Assembly: GCF_006345805.1 (NCBI RefSeq)
Contig: NC_042998.1
Span: 32,550,001-32,614,000, forward strand
Length of the DNA: 64,000 nt
Direction: 5' to 3'
Origin: Octopus sinensis
Taxonomy: Eukaryota
Shown here one piece after another: positions 48,056 through 59,908 of this stretch. Each line of letters begins with the position of its first letter. Positions within the stretch are counted from its first letter, which is position 1. The position numbers were made by a program, and so were the translations under genes. A model generated the notes under the pieces. That model was not told the DNA's origin, ran no database searches, and worked only from the letters and a program-made list of their open reading frames with translations.

Positions 48056-51000
48056 ATGCAGGTTGTACTGAAGGCTACTTTACTACTTCATTTCTTGCAC
48101 ATGAATTCTGCCAAATGCGAGCTTTCTTTTCAGGTACACGAAGCTACTGTCCACCGTCCCAGGGTCTCTAGAGCCCATGCCTTCCACACCCTCAGGGTTG
48201 GCACCCTCAACGTTGGCACTCTGAAAGGTAGGTCTGGTGAGATAGTCGAGATGCTTGAACGGAGATGTGTGGATATATGTTGCATGCAAGAAATAAGGTG
48301 GAGAGGAGGATCAGCTAGGTTCCTCACAGGCAAGGAACGCAGGTACAAGATTTTCTGGGCAGGGAACACTGACGGGGTTGGTGGCGTGGGTATACTTATC
48401 GCTGAGAAATGGGTAGATAAAGTAATTGAGGTAATCAGAGTAAGTGACAGAATACTTAAGATTAGATTAGTGCTTCATCATAGTTTAGCAACCATTATAT
48501 CAGCCTATGCTCCTCAGTCGGGGCTACCCGATGGACAGAAAGACCGATTCTATGACACTCTACTGCAGACTACCTCATTGACGAACGACAGAGACCTTAT
48601 CTTTGTGGCTGGTGACTTCAATGGTCACGTTGGACGACATGCTGGGGGCTTCCATGGCGTACATGGAGGCTATGGCTATGGCTCCCGCAACGAGGAGGGA
48701 ACCAGGCTGCTGGAGTTCTGCGATGCAAATAATCTTATGATTTGCAACACTAACTTCAGGAAACCTACCAGCCACCTAGTCACTTACCAATCGGGCCAAC
48801 ATACCAGCCAAATTGACTACATCCTTACAAGGCAAAGGGAGAGATGGCTGCTTATAAATGCCAAAACCTTCCCAGGTGAAGAATGTACCCCACAACATAG
48901 ACTGGTAGTTAGTGACTTTAGGATCAGGACTAGGAGGACAACCAGAAGACGACAAATATGGAGAAGAAGGATCTGGAAGCTTAAAGATCCTGCAAATGGA
49001 CAGAGATTTAGGGACATATTACTTGAAGCCTCTGACGAAGTAGAAGGGGATAGAGCATCACAGGGGGTAGAAGACAGCTGGACGTTTCTAAGGGACAACC
49101 TGCTGAGAGCCACTGACCAGATCTGTGGCTGGTGCAAAGTCCCCTCTCGACCTAGAATAACGTGGTGGTGGAACAATATTGTAGACAGGGCTATTAGAGA
49201 AAAGAGACAGGCTTGGAAGGTCTGGAAAAATGGGGGTAGCAGGGAATTGTATCAGACTGCCAAAAGAGAAGCTAGGAGACAGGTTTATTTAGCCAGAGGG
49301 GAAGCAGATAAGAAAAAATTTGCCAATGTTCTGCGCCGTGAGGACCAAAGACTGGAGGTGTTTCGTGTTGCAAGACAGTGTGTGAGAGAAAATCGTGATG
49401 TGGTAGGAGAGAAGTGTGTTCGCATGGAAGATGGTTCACTTGCGCTAAATGAGGATGCAAAGAGAGAGGTTTGGAGATGCCACTATGAAAGGTTGCTGAA
49501 TGAAGAAAATGAATGGGATAAAGAGAGTCTGCCGAATGTTGACCCAACAGAGGGACCAGCTATCCGAGTTGATAGTTCTGTGGTAGCTAAGGCAATTAGA
49601 AGCATGAAGACAGGGAAAGCCCCAGGCCCATCAGGAATCACTGCAGAGATGCTCAAAATGTCTGGTAGTGTCGGCTATAGCCTAGTCACCCATATAGTTA
49701 ATCAGGTGATACACAAAGGGGTCATACCCAATGACTGGTGTAGCAGTATAATAGTCAACTGCTACAAAGGTAAAGGTGATGCCCTAGATACAAATAACTA
49801 CAGAGGTATCAAGCTGTTGGACCAGGTGATGAAGGTTACGGAGAGGGTCATAGCCCAACTAATTAGAGAGAGAGTTAGTTTAGATGAGATGCAGTTTGGG
49901 TTTGTGCCAGGGAAAAGTACTACTGATGCTATATTCCTGGTAAGGCAGCTGCAGGAGAAATACCTAGCCAAAGATAAGCCCCTGTACCTGGCTTTTGTTG
50001 ACATGGAGAAAGCCTTCGACAGGGTCCCCCGATCCCTTATCTGGTGGGCAATGAGAAAACTAGGGATAGATGAATGGTTAGTGAGAGCTGTGCGGGCCAT
50101 GTATAGGGACGCCGCTAGTAGGGTGAGGGTTGGAAATGAGTACAGTGAAGAATTCCGGGTAGAGGTAGGGTCCACCAAGGCTCAGTACTCAGCCCCCTCC
50201 TATTTATCATAGTCCTCCAGGCAATAACGGAGGAATTCAAGACAGGATGCCCTTGGGAGCTCCTCTATGCTGATGACCTTGCTCTAATTGCTGAGTCGCT
50301 ATCAGAACTGGAGGAGAAGTTTCAGGTGTGGAAACAAGGATTAGAATCGAAGGGCCTCAGAGTCAATCTAGCTAAAACCAAAGTCGTAATCAGTAGGAAG
50401 GTAGACAAATCACAAACACCTTCAGGTAGATGGCCCTGCTCGATCTGTAGAAAAGGTGTAGGTAGAAACTCTATAAGATGCACCAAGTGTAAGCTATGGA
50501 CACATAAGAGATGCAGCAATGTCAAAGGAAGGCTAACTAGGAAGATGGTTTTTGTATGTGGCAGATGCTCAGGAACAATAAACACTGAAAATGCTCTGAG
50601 ACCAACTTCCGTCACTTTCCAGGGAGAAAAACTAGAAATAGTTGATAGTTTCCGTTACCTAGGTGACCAAGTCAGCAGCGGGGGTGGGTGTGCTGAAAGT
50701 GTAACTGCTAGAGTAAGAATAGCTTGGGCAAAGTTCAGAGAGCTCTTACCTCTGCTGGTGACAAAAGGCCTCTCGCACAGAGTGAAAGGCAGACTGTATG
50801 ATGCGTGTGTACGAACAGCCATGCTACATGGCAGTGAAACATGGGCTGTGACTGCTGAGGATATGCGTAAGCTCGCTAGAAATGAAGCCAGTATGCTCCG
50901 ATGGATGTGTAATGCCGGTACTCACACTCGGCAGAGTGTAAGTACCTTGAGAGAAAAGCTGGACCTAAGAAGCATCAGTTGTGGTGTGCAAGAGAGACGT

Positions 51001-51222
51001 TTGCGCTGGTATGGTCATGTGGCGAGAATGGATGAAGATAGTTGTGTGAAAAAGTGCCACACCCTAGCGGTTGAGGGAACCTGTGGAAGAGGCAGACCCA
51101 GGAAAACCTGGGACGAGGTGGTGAAGCACGACCTTCGAACTTTAGGTCTCACTGAGGAAATGACTAGAGACCGAGACCTCTGGAAGTGTGCTGTGCGCGA
51201 GAAGACCCGGCAGGACAAGTGA
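48056..51222 (+). CDS. RTE ORF2 (APE endonuclease, RT, PHD finger), ~1055 aa once a 1-bp frameshift at 50168-50170 is corrected
   Basis: ORFs 48056-50212 and 50326-51222; motifs GTLNVGTL, AGDFNGHVG, SQIDYIL, YRGIKLL, FVDMEKAFDRV, LYADDL; the sister copy has G4 (17201-04) where this copy has G3. Confidence 0.9.
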
Positions 51223-51834
51223 GTCCACAACCCGTGGCCTTCTACATGGGATGGAGCCAGCCTACGTATGCATACCTTCCCTTCTTGGGACACAAAACTC
51301 TACTTGTGAAGACGTGTTGAGGCAAGTGAGGATCAGAATCGAAATCGATCAATGGAAATTGCGGATGTGCTACCAGTGCCGGTGGCATGTCGAAACTCTG
51401 CTTGTGAAGACCCATTGAGGCAAGTGAGGATCAGAATCGAAATCGATCAATGGAAATCGATCAATGGAAATTGCAGATGTGTTACCAGTGCCGGTGGCAT
51501 GTAAGAGAACTTTCCGTTTCGCGACCGTTGCCAGCACCGCCCCGTTTCGTGTCCGTTGCCAGCCTCGCCTGGCCCTCGTGCCGGTGGCACATAAAAAGCA
51601 CCATCCGTTCGTGGCCGTTTGCCAGCTCTGTCTGGCACCAGTGCGGGTGGCACGTAAAAAGCACCCACTACACTCACGGAGTGGTTGGCGTTAGGAAGGG
51701 CATCCAGCCGTAGAAACACTGCCAGATTTGACTGGGCCTGATGAAGCCTTCTGGCTTCACAGACCCCAGTAGAACCGTCCAACCCATGCTAGCATGGAAA
51801 ACGGACGCTAAATGATGATGATGATGATGATGAT

Positions 51835-52198
51835 ATGTGTATACATATATGTATTATATATGTGTGTGTGTGTGTGTCTATATATATATGTGTGAGTGGA
51901 TGTCTATATATATGTGTGTACATATATATATATGTATGTGTGTACATATATGTGTATATATATATGTTGTGTATATATATGGATAATAAAACGAATGGTT
52001 TATACCTGGTAACTTACTGGTAAAGCACGGTCACTTTCAGAGTGATTGTTAGCTATATATATATACACACACACACATATATATATATATACATATATAT
52101 ATGTATATATATATGCATACATATATATATTTATATATATAGATATATCTTATATATATATGCATATACATATGTATATATGTATACATATACACACA

Positions 52199-52243
<45 letters not shown>

Positions 52244-52255
52244 CATATATAAGCT
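51835..52255. repeat. TA/CA-rich compound microsatellite
   Basis: Direct reading. Confidence 0.9.
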
Positions 52256-52749
52256 TATGTTAAAAGTGTGCAGAGATGTCAATGAGGGCAAAATATTAGT
52301 GTCACTGATGATGAATGGTTACTATTTATTGATACAAAGATTTTACGTCAAAAATAGATTCCAGCATAGAATTATGTCCTTTTAAGCAAAGTTCTTTATT
52401 CATTTTGTCTTGGTAAAATAAGCTTATCAAAAAAGAAATGTATATCAGTCTTAACTCATTGTTGAGTAGTTTCCCTCAATAAGATAATCCATACGTATTA
52501 TTGATGAGACTATTCTTACTAATCTAATCAACCAGATGGACTTTGAAAAGTTGATGTGAAATACTTTGAAATTTATGAAATTTTTAGCAACATGAAATTG
52601 AAGATTGCATCATATCATTTTTGTATCATTAATCAAATTAATTAATTAATTAATTATGTGCTCTGTGGCTTCATTTTCTTTAATTGTTTGAAATATAAAT
52701 TCTTGCATTAGAGTTAACCTAGCAAAAGCCAAAGTCTTAGTAAGTTGGA

Positions 52750-53260
52750 TGGCAGGCAAATTACAAATCCCTTCAGATAGATGGCCCTGTTTGATCCCTA
52801 GGAAAGGCATAGGTAGAAACTCCATAAGATGTACCCAGTGTAAGCTGTGGACTCATAAGAGGTGCAGGAATTTCAGAGGAATTTTTACAGGTAAACTACC
52901 TTTTATTAGTGGAAGATCCACAGGTACAATAAATGCTGAAAATGTGCAGAAAATATGTTTCTTTATTACCCACAAGGGGCTAAACACAGAGGGGATAAGC
53001 AAGGACAGACAAACGAATTTAAGTCGATTACATCGACCCCCAGTGCGTAACTGGTACTTTATTTATCGACCCCGAAAGGATGAAAGGCAAAGTCGACCTC
53101 GGCGGAATTTGAACTCAGAACGTAGCGGCAGACAAAATACGGCTATGCATTTCGCCCGGCATGCTAACAGTTCTGCCAGCTTGCCGCCTTGAATGTGCAG
53201 AAAATAGACTCCATCAACTGCCTGCGTGGCAAACTGGAGGTAGTAGATAGCTTCCATTAT
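52750..53260 (+). pseudogene. Internal fragment of a diverged RTE subfamily (PHD region), split by a SINE B
   Basis: PSDRWPCLIPRKGIGRNSIRCTQCKLWTHKRC. Confidence 0.8.
52956..53191 (-). mobile_element. SINE family B
   Basis: 15-bp TSD AATGTGCAGAAAATA (52941-55 / 53192-206). Confidence 0.9.
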
Positions 53261-53685
53261 CTATATGTGTGACCAGCTTTGCAGGACATACATAGAAGTT
53301 GTTTAACCACAGGTCTGCCCTTACAAAGCAAACCTAAGATGTAAATCTCTCTAGCAATGATCATTGAACTTTTTGCAGCATACTGTACATAGGAGTATTT
53401 TCCCTCTGAGTCCTACCATTTTTAAGCTGATGAGGTGTGATTTTGAGGGCGCTCTAGTCACAATTTTTAGCATCTCAAGCAACCGCCTACAGTCTCCCTC
53501 GCTGGCTTGCTTAATCTGACACTAGTTTCACTAGGTGGTACTCGTGTTACACAAAGTACTTTTAATGAAATTAAAAATGCAGAAAACGATAAAAAGCAAT
53601 AATGACAAAACGAGAACACTTCCATAGTTAAGAATATAGAGAACTGCAGGTTAGACACATAAAAAAGACACGACCATAAGACTAC

Positions 53686-53807
53686 TACTACTACTACTAA
53701 TACTGCTACTACCACCACTACCACCACTACTACTACCACCACCACCACTACTACTACTACCACCACCACCACTACTACTACTATTACTACTACTACTACT
53801 ACTACTA

Positions 53808-53856
<49 letters not shown>

Positions 53857-54060
53857 CACTACTACTACTACAACTACTGCTACTACTACTATTACCACCA
53901 CCACAACTACTACAGCTACTACTACTATTACAACTACTACCACCACCACCACTACTACAACTACTACTGCTACTACTACTACTACCACCACCACCACCAC
54001 CACTACTACTACTACTACCACCACCACCACCACTATTACTACTACTACAAATGATAATAG
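53686..54060. repeat. (ACT)n/(ACC)n trinucleotide microsatellite
   Basis: Direct reading; source of the poly-Val ORF. Confidence 0.95.
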
Positions 54061-54596
54061 TGTTTTGTTTTTATTCACTATTGCTGTCATATCTTCATCT
54101 TGATATTTGATGTTTATTGCTTTGAAGCCAAGACAAAACAGACATTTTAATTTCATTTATTGAGGATCGAAAATATATATACACAAGCAACGCAAACCAA
54201 AATAAACAGCTCATTTGCCAGATGGATTGAATAGAAAACTCTTCCAATATTCCAATGCCATGCAGAAACATTTTATTAGGTAAAAGAAAAATCCCAGCTG
54301 TATCACCCCCTCCACCCCAGTCTTGTTTTCTCTCTCTCACACTGTCTCTTTCAATCTCTCTTTGCATTTCATCTTTTAATATAATCTAAAATAATTTCCA
54401 AGCAGTACATTCTAACCATTCTTTAGTACATACTCTTCATATTCTTAGCTTTGATAATGGTATTCTCTGATTGATACTTTTGTGAAATTATGATGCATTG
54501 TCTGTGTTTATTTGTTTGCTTTTTTCTTTCCTAGCATATTCAATATAAATGAATGTTTTTCATTTATAATATACATACATACATGTATATATATGG

Positions 54597-54754
54597 GCAC
54601 AGGAGTGGCTGTATGGTAAGAAGCTTGTTTCCCAACCATATGGTTCTGTGTTCAGTTCCACTGTGTGGCACTTTAGGCAAGTGTCTTCTGCTATAGTCTG
54701 AGGCTGTCCAAAGCTTTGTGAGTGGATTTGGTAGACAGAAACTGAAAGAAGCCT

Positions 54755-54791
<37 letters not shown>

Positions 54792-55019
54792 CATATATAT
54801 GTGTGTGTGTGTGTGTGTGTGTATTTATGTTTGTCTTCTTATCATCATGGTGTGTTTATGTTCCCATAACTTAGCAGCTCAGCAAAAGATGCCAATAGAA
54901 AAAGTACTAGGCTTGCAAAGAATAAGTCCTGGAGTGGGGGTCGATCTGTTCAACTAAAAGCAGTGCTCCAGCATGTCTGCAGTAAAATGACTGAAACAAG
55001 TAAAAGAATAAAAGAGAAA
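54597..55019 (+). mobile_element. SINE family A
   Basis: Full copy. Confidence 0.8.
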
Positions 55020-55020
55020 G

Positions 55021-55091
55021 AGAATCTTGGGGTTAGTAGCCCATGCTCTTAACCACTACGCCATATACCCATGGGCATATGGCATAGTAGT

Positions 55092-55157
<66 letters not shown>

Positions 55158-55308
55158 TAATAATAACATTGAAAAATATCTTAGGAGTGAAAACCCAGAT
55201 TCAAAATTTCCCCAAGACATCTGATGAAGGCTGGAGGGTTTGTCAGCCGAAAAGTGTTAACCACAAACAAGATGAGGACAAATATCTGTCAAATGTAAAT
55301 AATGTAAA
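55021..55308. mobile_element. Element P1: minus-strand head fragment plus plus-strand body
   Basis: CCCATGGG pivot, (AAT)n, then CTGATGAAGGCTG..CAGCCGAAA at ~55221-55252 with stem III deleted. Confidence 0.75.
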
Positions 55309-55999
55309 TTATTCACAGTTTTGAGAAATAAAACTGAAGTAAACTTTAAAAATTTTACTCTGTAATAGTCCAATGTAATCCTATGCCATTTATTGCAATT
55401 ATGTTTTTAGGACAAATGTGATATTTTGATTAATTATGAATTATTTAACCTTTAAAAAGCAAAATAGATCTCGTGCTGTAAACGTCTTTTTTTTTTACCA
55501 TTTTTTACTTTATATATGCACCGGGCAAATTTATTAGATAAGATATTTTAGTATGCTATAAAATATTTCTCACATTCACAATAAAAAATTCCTTGATTTT
55601 TTAAAATTTCTGTAGTTTATAGAGTGTTGTCTGCTGATTTGTCGTTCTTTGTTTCCAATTTTGAAATATATATTGATAGAACTAAATGTCAAATATTTTA
55701 AAGTACAATTCCTATATGTCATGCTATAGCCGCAGTCAGACTGTGAACTAAGATAAATGTTTGGTATAAATTTTTTCAAATGGAATCAAAAACTCTAAAC
55801 ATTCGTTAGTAAAATTCAATAATGATTTTATATTTCATACTTTCATCACAAGCTTTTTAGATTTATTTTTACTTTGTGCTTTACATGTCTTTATCCTGAT
55901 AATATAGCACAATTCAATTTACAACGATAAAAGTTCAACTGCAAATTTTGAAATATTTTTCCCTGAAAGGGCCAAAAACAATAATCCAAAATAATCTCA

Positions 56000-56250
56000 A
56001 ATGTTGCTGTAATTTAGCCCCAGGAGACATCATCTCCAGCTGGCTATACGACACAATCTGTGTCCTTATATTTTCAAACAAGGGAATCTAGCACCCCCAC
56101 ACAGCTCAAAACCCAGAAATTGTGATACACAGACATTGTTTTGAGCTGAGTTGGGGTGCTAGATTCCCTTGTTTGAAAATATAAGGACACAGATCGTACC
56201 ATATAGCCAGCTGGAGATGATGTCTCCTGGGGCTAAATTACAGCAACATT
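56000..56250. repeat. 251-bp fold-back (arms ~113 bp, 25-bp spacer)
   Basis: 56000-56112 is the inverse of 56138-56250 with about six differences; no TSD found. Confidence 0.85.
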
Positions 56251-56564
56251 CGTCCTAAACCAGGACTGCCATATTATGTTGGCAAACAATCTTTACTATT
56301 TTCAAAATAAAACTTTTGTACTGAGAATCAACAACAACAAAAGAAAAAAAAAAGGATAGCACTTAAAATAAGAAATAAGTCTCAGTAGAAGATTGAGATA
56401 AATATGACCTACTTTAACATATTTTATACTGTTTTGCAGGAACTTATATTCTGGTAGATTAATATAAAAGTTTTTCATAATTAAATATTTAGATAATTGT
56501 TGGCTAGGCAATGTTATTTAATTTAGGGTTCCTTTGATAACTTGGATAATTCTAATCAAACAAT

Positions 56565-56979
56565 ATATTTCTTTACTACCCACAAGGGGCTAAACACAGA
56601 GAGGACAAACAAGGACAGACAAATGGATCAAGTTGATTATATCGACCCCAGTGCGTAACTGGTACTTATTTAATCGACCCCAAAAGGATGAAAGAAAAGT
56701 TGACCTTGGCGGAATTTTAACTCAGAACGTAAAGGCAGATGAACTACCTATTTCTTTACTACCCACAAGGGGCTAAACACAGAGGGGACAAACAAGAACA
56801 GACAAACGGATCAAGTTGATTACATCAACCCCAGTGTGTAACTGGTACTTATTTAATTGACCCCAAAAGGATGAAAAGCAAAGTCAACCTCGGCGGAATT
56901 TGACCTCAGAACGTAGTGACAGACGAAATACTGCTGAGCATTTCGCCCGGCGTGCTAACGTTTCTGCCAGCTTGCCGCC
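56565..56979 (-). mobile_element. SINE family B dimer
   Basis: Junction 56747/56748; single 13-bp TSD CTAATCAAACAAT. Confidence 0.85.
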
Positions 56980-57914
56980 CTAATCAAACAATTATTGCAG
57001 CATTAACACCAAGCTTTAATGCCAAACATACCAATGATTTCAGTAAGATTTGAACTTACAACGATGTAAGCAGTAATCCAAAACTTCAACTCAGAGTTTA
57101 GCTAATATAGAGAAAATATAGAGAAAATAGTTGAAAAGAAGCATTGCTATATAAAGCTGTGTGTTAATACAAACAAAACGGTTAAATTCTATTCCTCTGA
57201 TTACATAAATCCTTAAAGATATGATGAAAAGGTTTTTGTGAAAGTTCAAATAGTATCTTAACTACTGGCAATAGTTTCTGAAATCACTCAAAGAAAAGAA
57301 TGAATTTAACCTTCAAAATAGCAACGAATTAATGAATAAGAAATAACAATTCTTTGTAATATAAAAGTTGTAAACAAGAAGAGAATTCTATTTGGTGAAT
57401 ATTTTATTAAATAATTTCTTGAATATGCGATAATAACTAATACTATCGATTACAGTAGGGTTAGAGGGTATATTCAGGTATTTGAATCTCATGATTTACT
57501 ATGTAATTAGATCTGCAAAATTTAGTTAAGGAAATTGATTATGTGATGAAGCAGAGTATTTGTCCTGAGTTGTGTGGGTGCAAATCTGAGTATTCGGTTA
57601 CAGAGGTTGCTTTGCATTACCTGGTTCTAATTTTGATTTCACTTGGCAACACCTTAAGCTAATAGCTTCGACTTTAATTTCAGGTGGATCAATAACTTGG
57701 GAGTGGAATTGGTGGAAGAATATATACATAAGCTCAGGCATGGCTATGTGGTAAGAAGTTTGCTTCCCAAGTACATGATTCTAGGTTCATTCCTACTGGA
57801 TGGCACCTTCAGCAAGAGTTTCTACTTCAGTGTCAGACCCTATCAAAGCTTTGCAAATGAATATGGTAGACAGAAACTGAAAGAAGTCTGTTATATACAT
57901 ACATATATACACAT

Positions 57915-58102
57915 CGTTAGCCGCTACACACATTTTTTTCTCTCCTTTTATTCTCTCCTTGTTTTTTTCTGTGTCCCTTTCTGTAGAAGAGCGTAGGCTC
58001 GAAATGTAAAATACTTTTTCTATTCCTGAGCGTTATACTAAAACATCTGTTTGTTTTGTACACCACCTGTCTTTGTCTTTTGTTTTTTTGGTAAACTTTC
58101 CC
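57915..58102 (+). mobile_element. Element P2 after a degenerate SINE A head
   Basis: CTGTAGA-A-GAGC(GTAG)GCTC-GAAATGTA at 57981-58008; 3' end abuts (TA)n. Confidence 0.65.
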
Positions 58103-58120
58103 TATATATATATATGTATG

Positions 58121-58169
<49 letters not shown>

Positions 58170-58935
58170 GAACAAAAATGCAATAGAGAACAATAAAACA
58201 TTTGGACAGAAAGACAATACAAAGGTGGACAGGAGAAGCAACAATTAGAAATACATGCAAAAAAACAGGTCATTTGTGGCCTTCTTTTCTCAGTCAAGTA
58301 TACCAGAAGTCCGTACTGTTTTGGGCAGTTACACTTAAGACAGTTCGATCTGGTTGCTCCCCAAAACGTCTCAGCTAAGAGCATTAGATTCTTTTTGTAA
58401 GAAAGCTAGTGAATGTGTACAGCAACAAAGACAAAAACCAACATGGTGCACAATTACAAATACAAACAACATGAATATAACAAGAGGTATCTTTCGACTG
58501 AGAACGAATCAAATTGAGCTGGCAGGTATTAAGTGAAAGCCTAAAAGGAGGAACATAGGAGATGGACATAAGAGGTGTTGGTGGTCGGCACTCAGGGCAA
58601 GAAAGAAAGATCATGGCTGGCCGGACACGGGTCATGTAGAAGGAGGAGAGAGGAGTAGGAGGCAGCTGGATTGAAGGATTAGAAAAAAAAAATCAGAGTC
58701 AAAGGGAAAAGTACAGGGGAGATAAACAAGGAGGAAAAAGTGGGAGTTAAGGAAAGAGAGGGCCAAGAAATGTGAGAAAGAAAGAGGGAGTGAGAAAAAG
58801 AGAGGAACAAAGTATGAGGGTGACTAATAGATACAAAAATGCTTGAGAACCACTGATGTAGAGCATGCAATGGTGGGGGGGATGCGGATAAATGCACTTG
58901 TTAAAATAACCAAATGTATGAATCCTTTTTCATAC

Positions 58936-59046
58936 ATAACAGTCCTGTTTTGGCGTCAGCAAATTTCTGAGCCGTTTCTGTAGAGAGACATTTACTAGAG
59001 CTCTGCCGTTCTACACCACACACCAATTGTCTCTCACTCTGCACAT
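58936..59046 (-). CDS. Candidate internal coding exon (111 nt, phase 1-1), unknown gene
   Basis: TTCTTCAAAG acceptor, GTATGA donor; only one frame is open: DVQSERQLVCGVERQSSSKCLSTETAQKFADAKTGLL; not repeat-derived as far as seen. Confidence 0.3.
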
Positions 59047-59567
59047 CTTTGAAGAACACGATAGTTACATTGCTAAATGATATATAACCTTGGCTTGTTA
59101 ACATTTATTTTATTAATGAAACCTGGGAATACAATAAAGAGAATTTTTTTTATCTCGCCTATTATTATTATTATAAGAATATTTTGTGATGGAATTGTCT
59201 GATTAATTTTTTTTTTAATATGCAGAATACAATATTCCATGCTGTATGAAGCTGACAAAAATCACACCATACAAGCTTAGAACAAATGAATTTGGAACGT
59301 TAGTCTAAGTTATTAATATTATTATGCTCTACAATACCATTATTGGTAAGAAGGTGGTAATTTAACAGAATCTTTAGCATGCTCAACAAAATGCTTAGCT
59401 GTCTTTCATTTTGGCTTTATGTTCTGAGTTCAAATCCTGGTGAGGTCGACCTTGCCTTTTATCCCTTTGGAATTAATAAAATAATTATCTGTTTAGCAGA
59501 GTGTTCAATGTAATAGACTTGCTCTCTTCTACCAAGGTTGCTGGTCTTGTGCCAAAATTTTAAAATC

Positions 59568-59726
59568 CAGCTGTGTGGTAAGAAGCTTTCTTCCCAACCA
59601 CATGGTTCTGGGTTCAGTCACACTGTGTGGCACCTTGGGCAAGTGTCTTCTACAATAACCTCAGACTGACCAAAGTCTTGTGTGTGGATTTGGTAGACAA
59701 AAACTGAAAGAAGCCTGTTGTATATA
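59568..59726 (+). mobile_element. SINE A head ending in (TA)n
   Basis: Head sequence up to GAAAGAAGCCTGTTG(TA)n. Confidence 0.75.
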
Positions 59727-59756
59727 TATATATAAATATGGGACAATTAGTTGGTT

Positions 59757-59827
59757 GTCATAATAAAACTCAGAGTTTCGGATACTGGGGCTGAAGTCTG
59801 CTCCAGCATCTCATCAGTTATTAAGAC
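59757..59827 (-). ncRNA. Type-I hammerhead ribozyme fold (P3, minus strand, mirror copy)
   Basis: Exact reverse complement of 59838-59908. Confidence 0.75.
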
Positions 59828-59837
59828 AAAACGTTTT

Positions 59838-59908
59838 GTCTTAATAACTGATGAGATGCTGGAGCAGACTTCAGCCCCAGTATCCGAAACTCTGAGTTTT
59901 ATTATGAC
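59838..59908 (+). ncRNA. Type-I hammerhead ribozyme fold (P3, plus strand)
   Basis: Stem I GUCUUAAUAA/UUAUUAUGAC (9 of 10 pairs), CUGAUGA 59848-54, stem II GAUGCUGG/CCAGUAUC with one extra C, GAAA 59886-89, stem III CUC-U-GAG, predicted GUU cleavage after 59898. Confidence 0.75.

Larger units (their letters stand above)
46898..51834 (+). mobile_element. Full-length RTE-clade LINE
   Basis: Long 5' region, single ORF2-type frame, repeat-rich 3' UTR, (GAT)n tail; TA-rich microsatellite on both flanks. Confidence 0.95.

Noticed and set aside
48083-50615. Several antisense ORFs over the RTE
   Set aside because: Shadow frames of the sense coding sequence
53467-54156. 229-aa poly-Val ORF
   Set aside because: It is a translation of the (ACT/ACC)n microsatellite, not a gene
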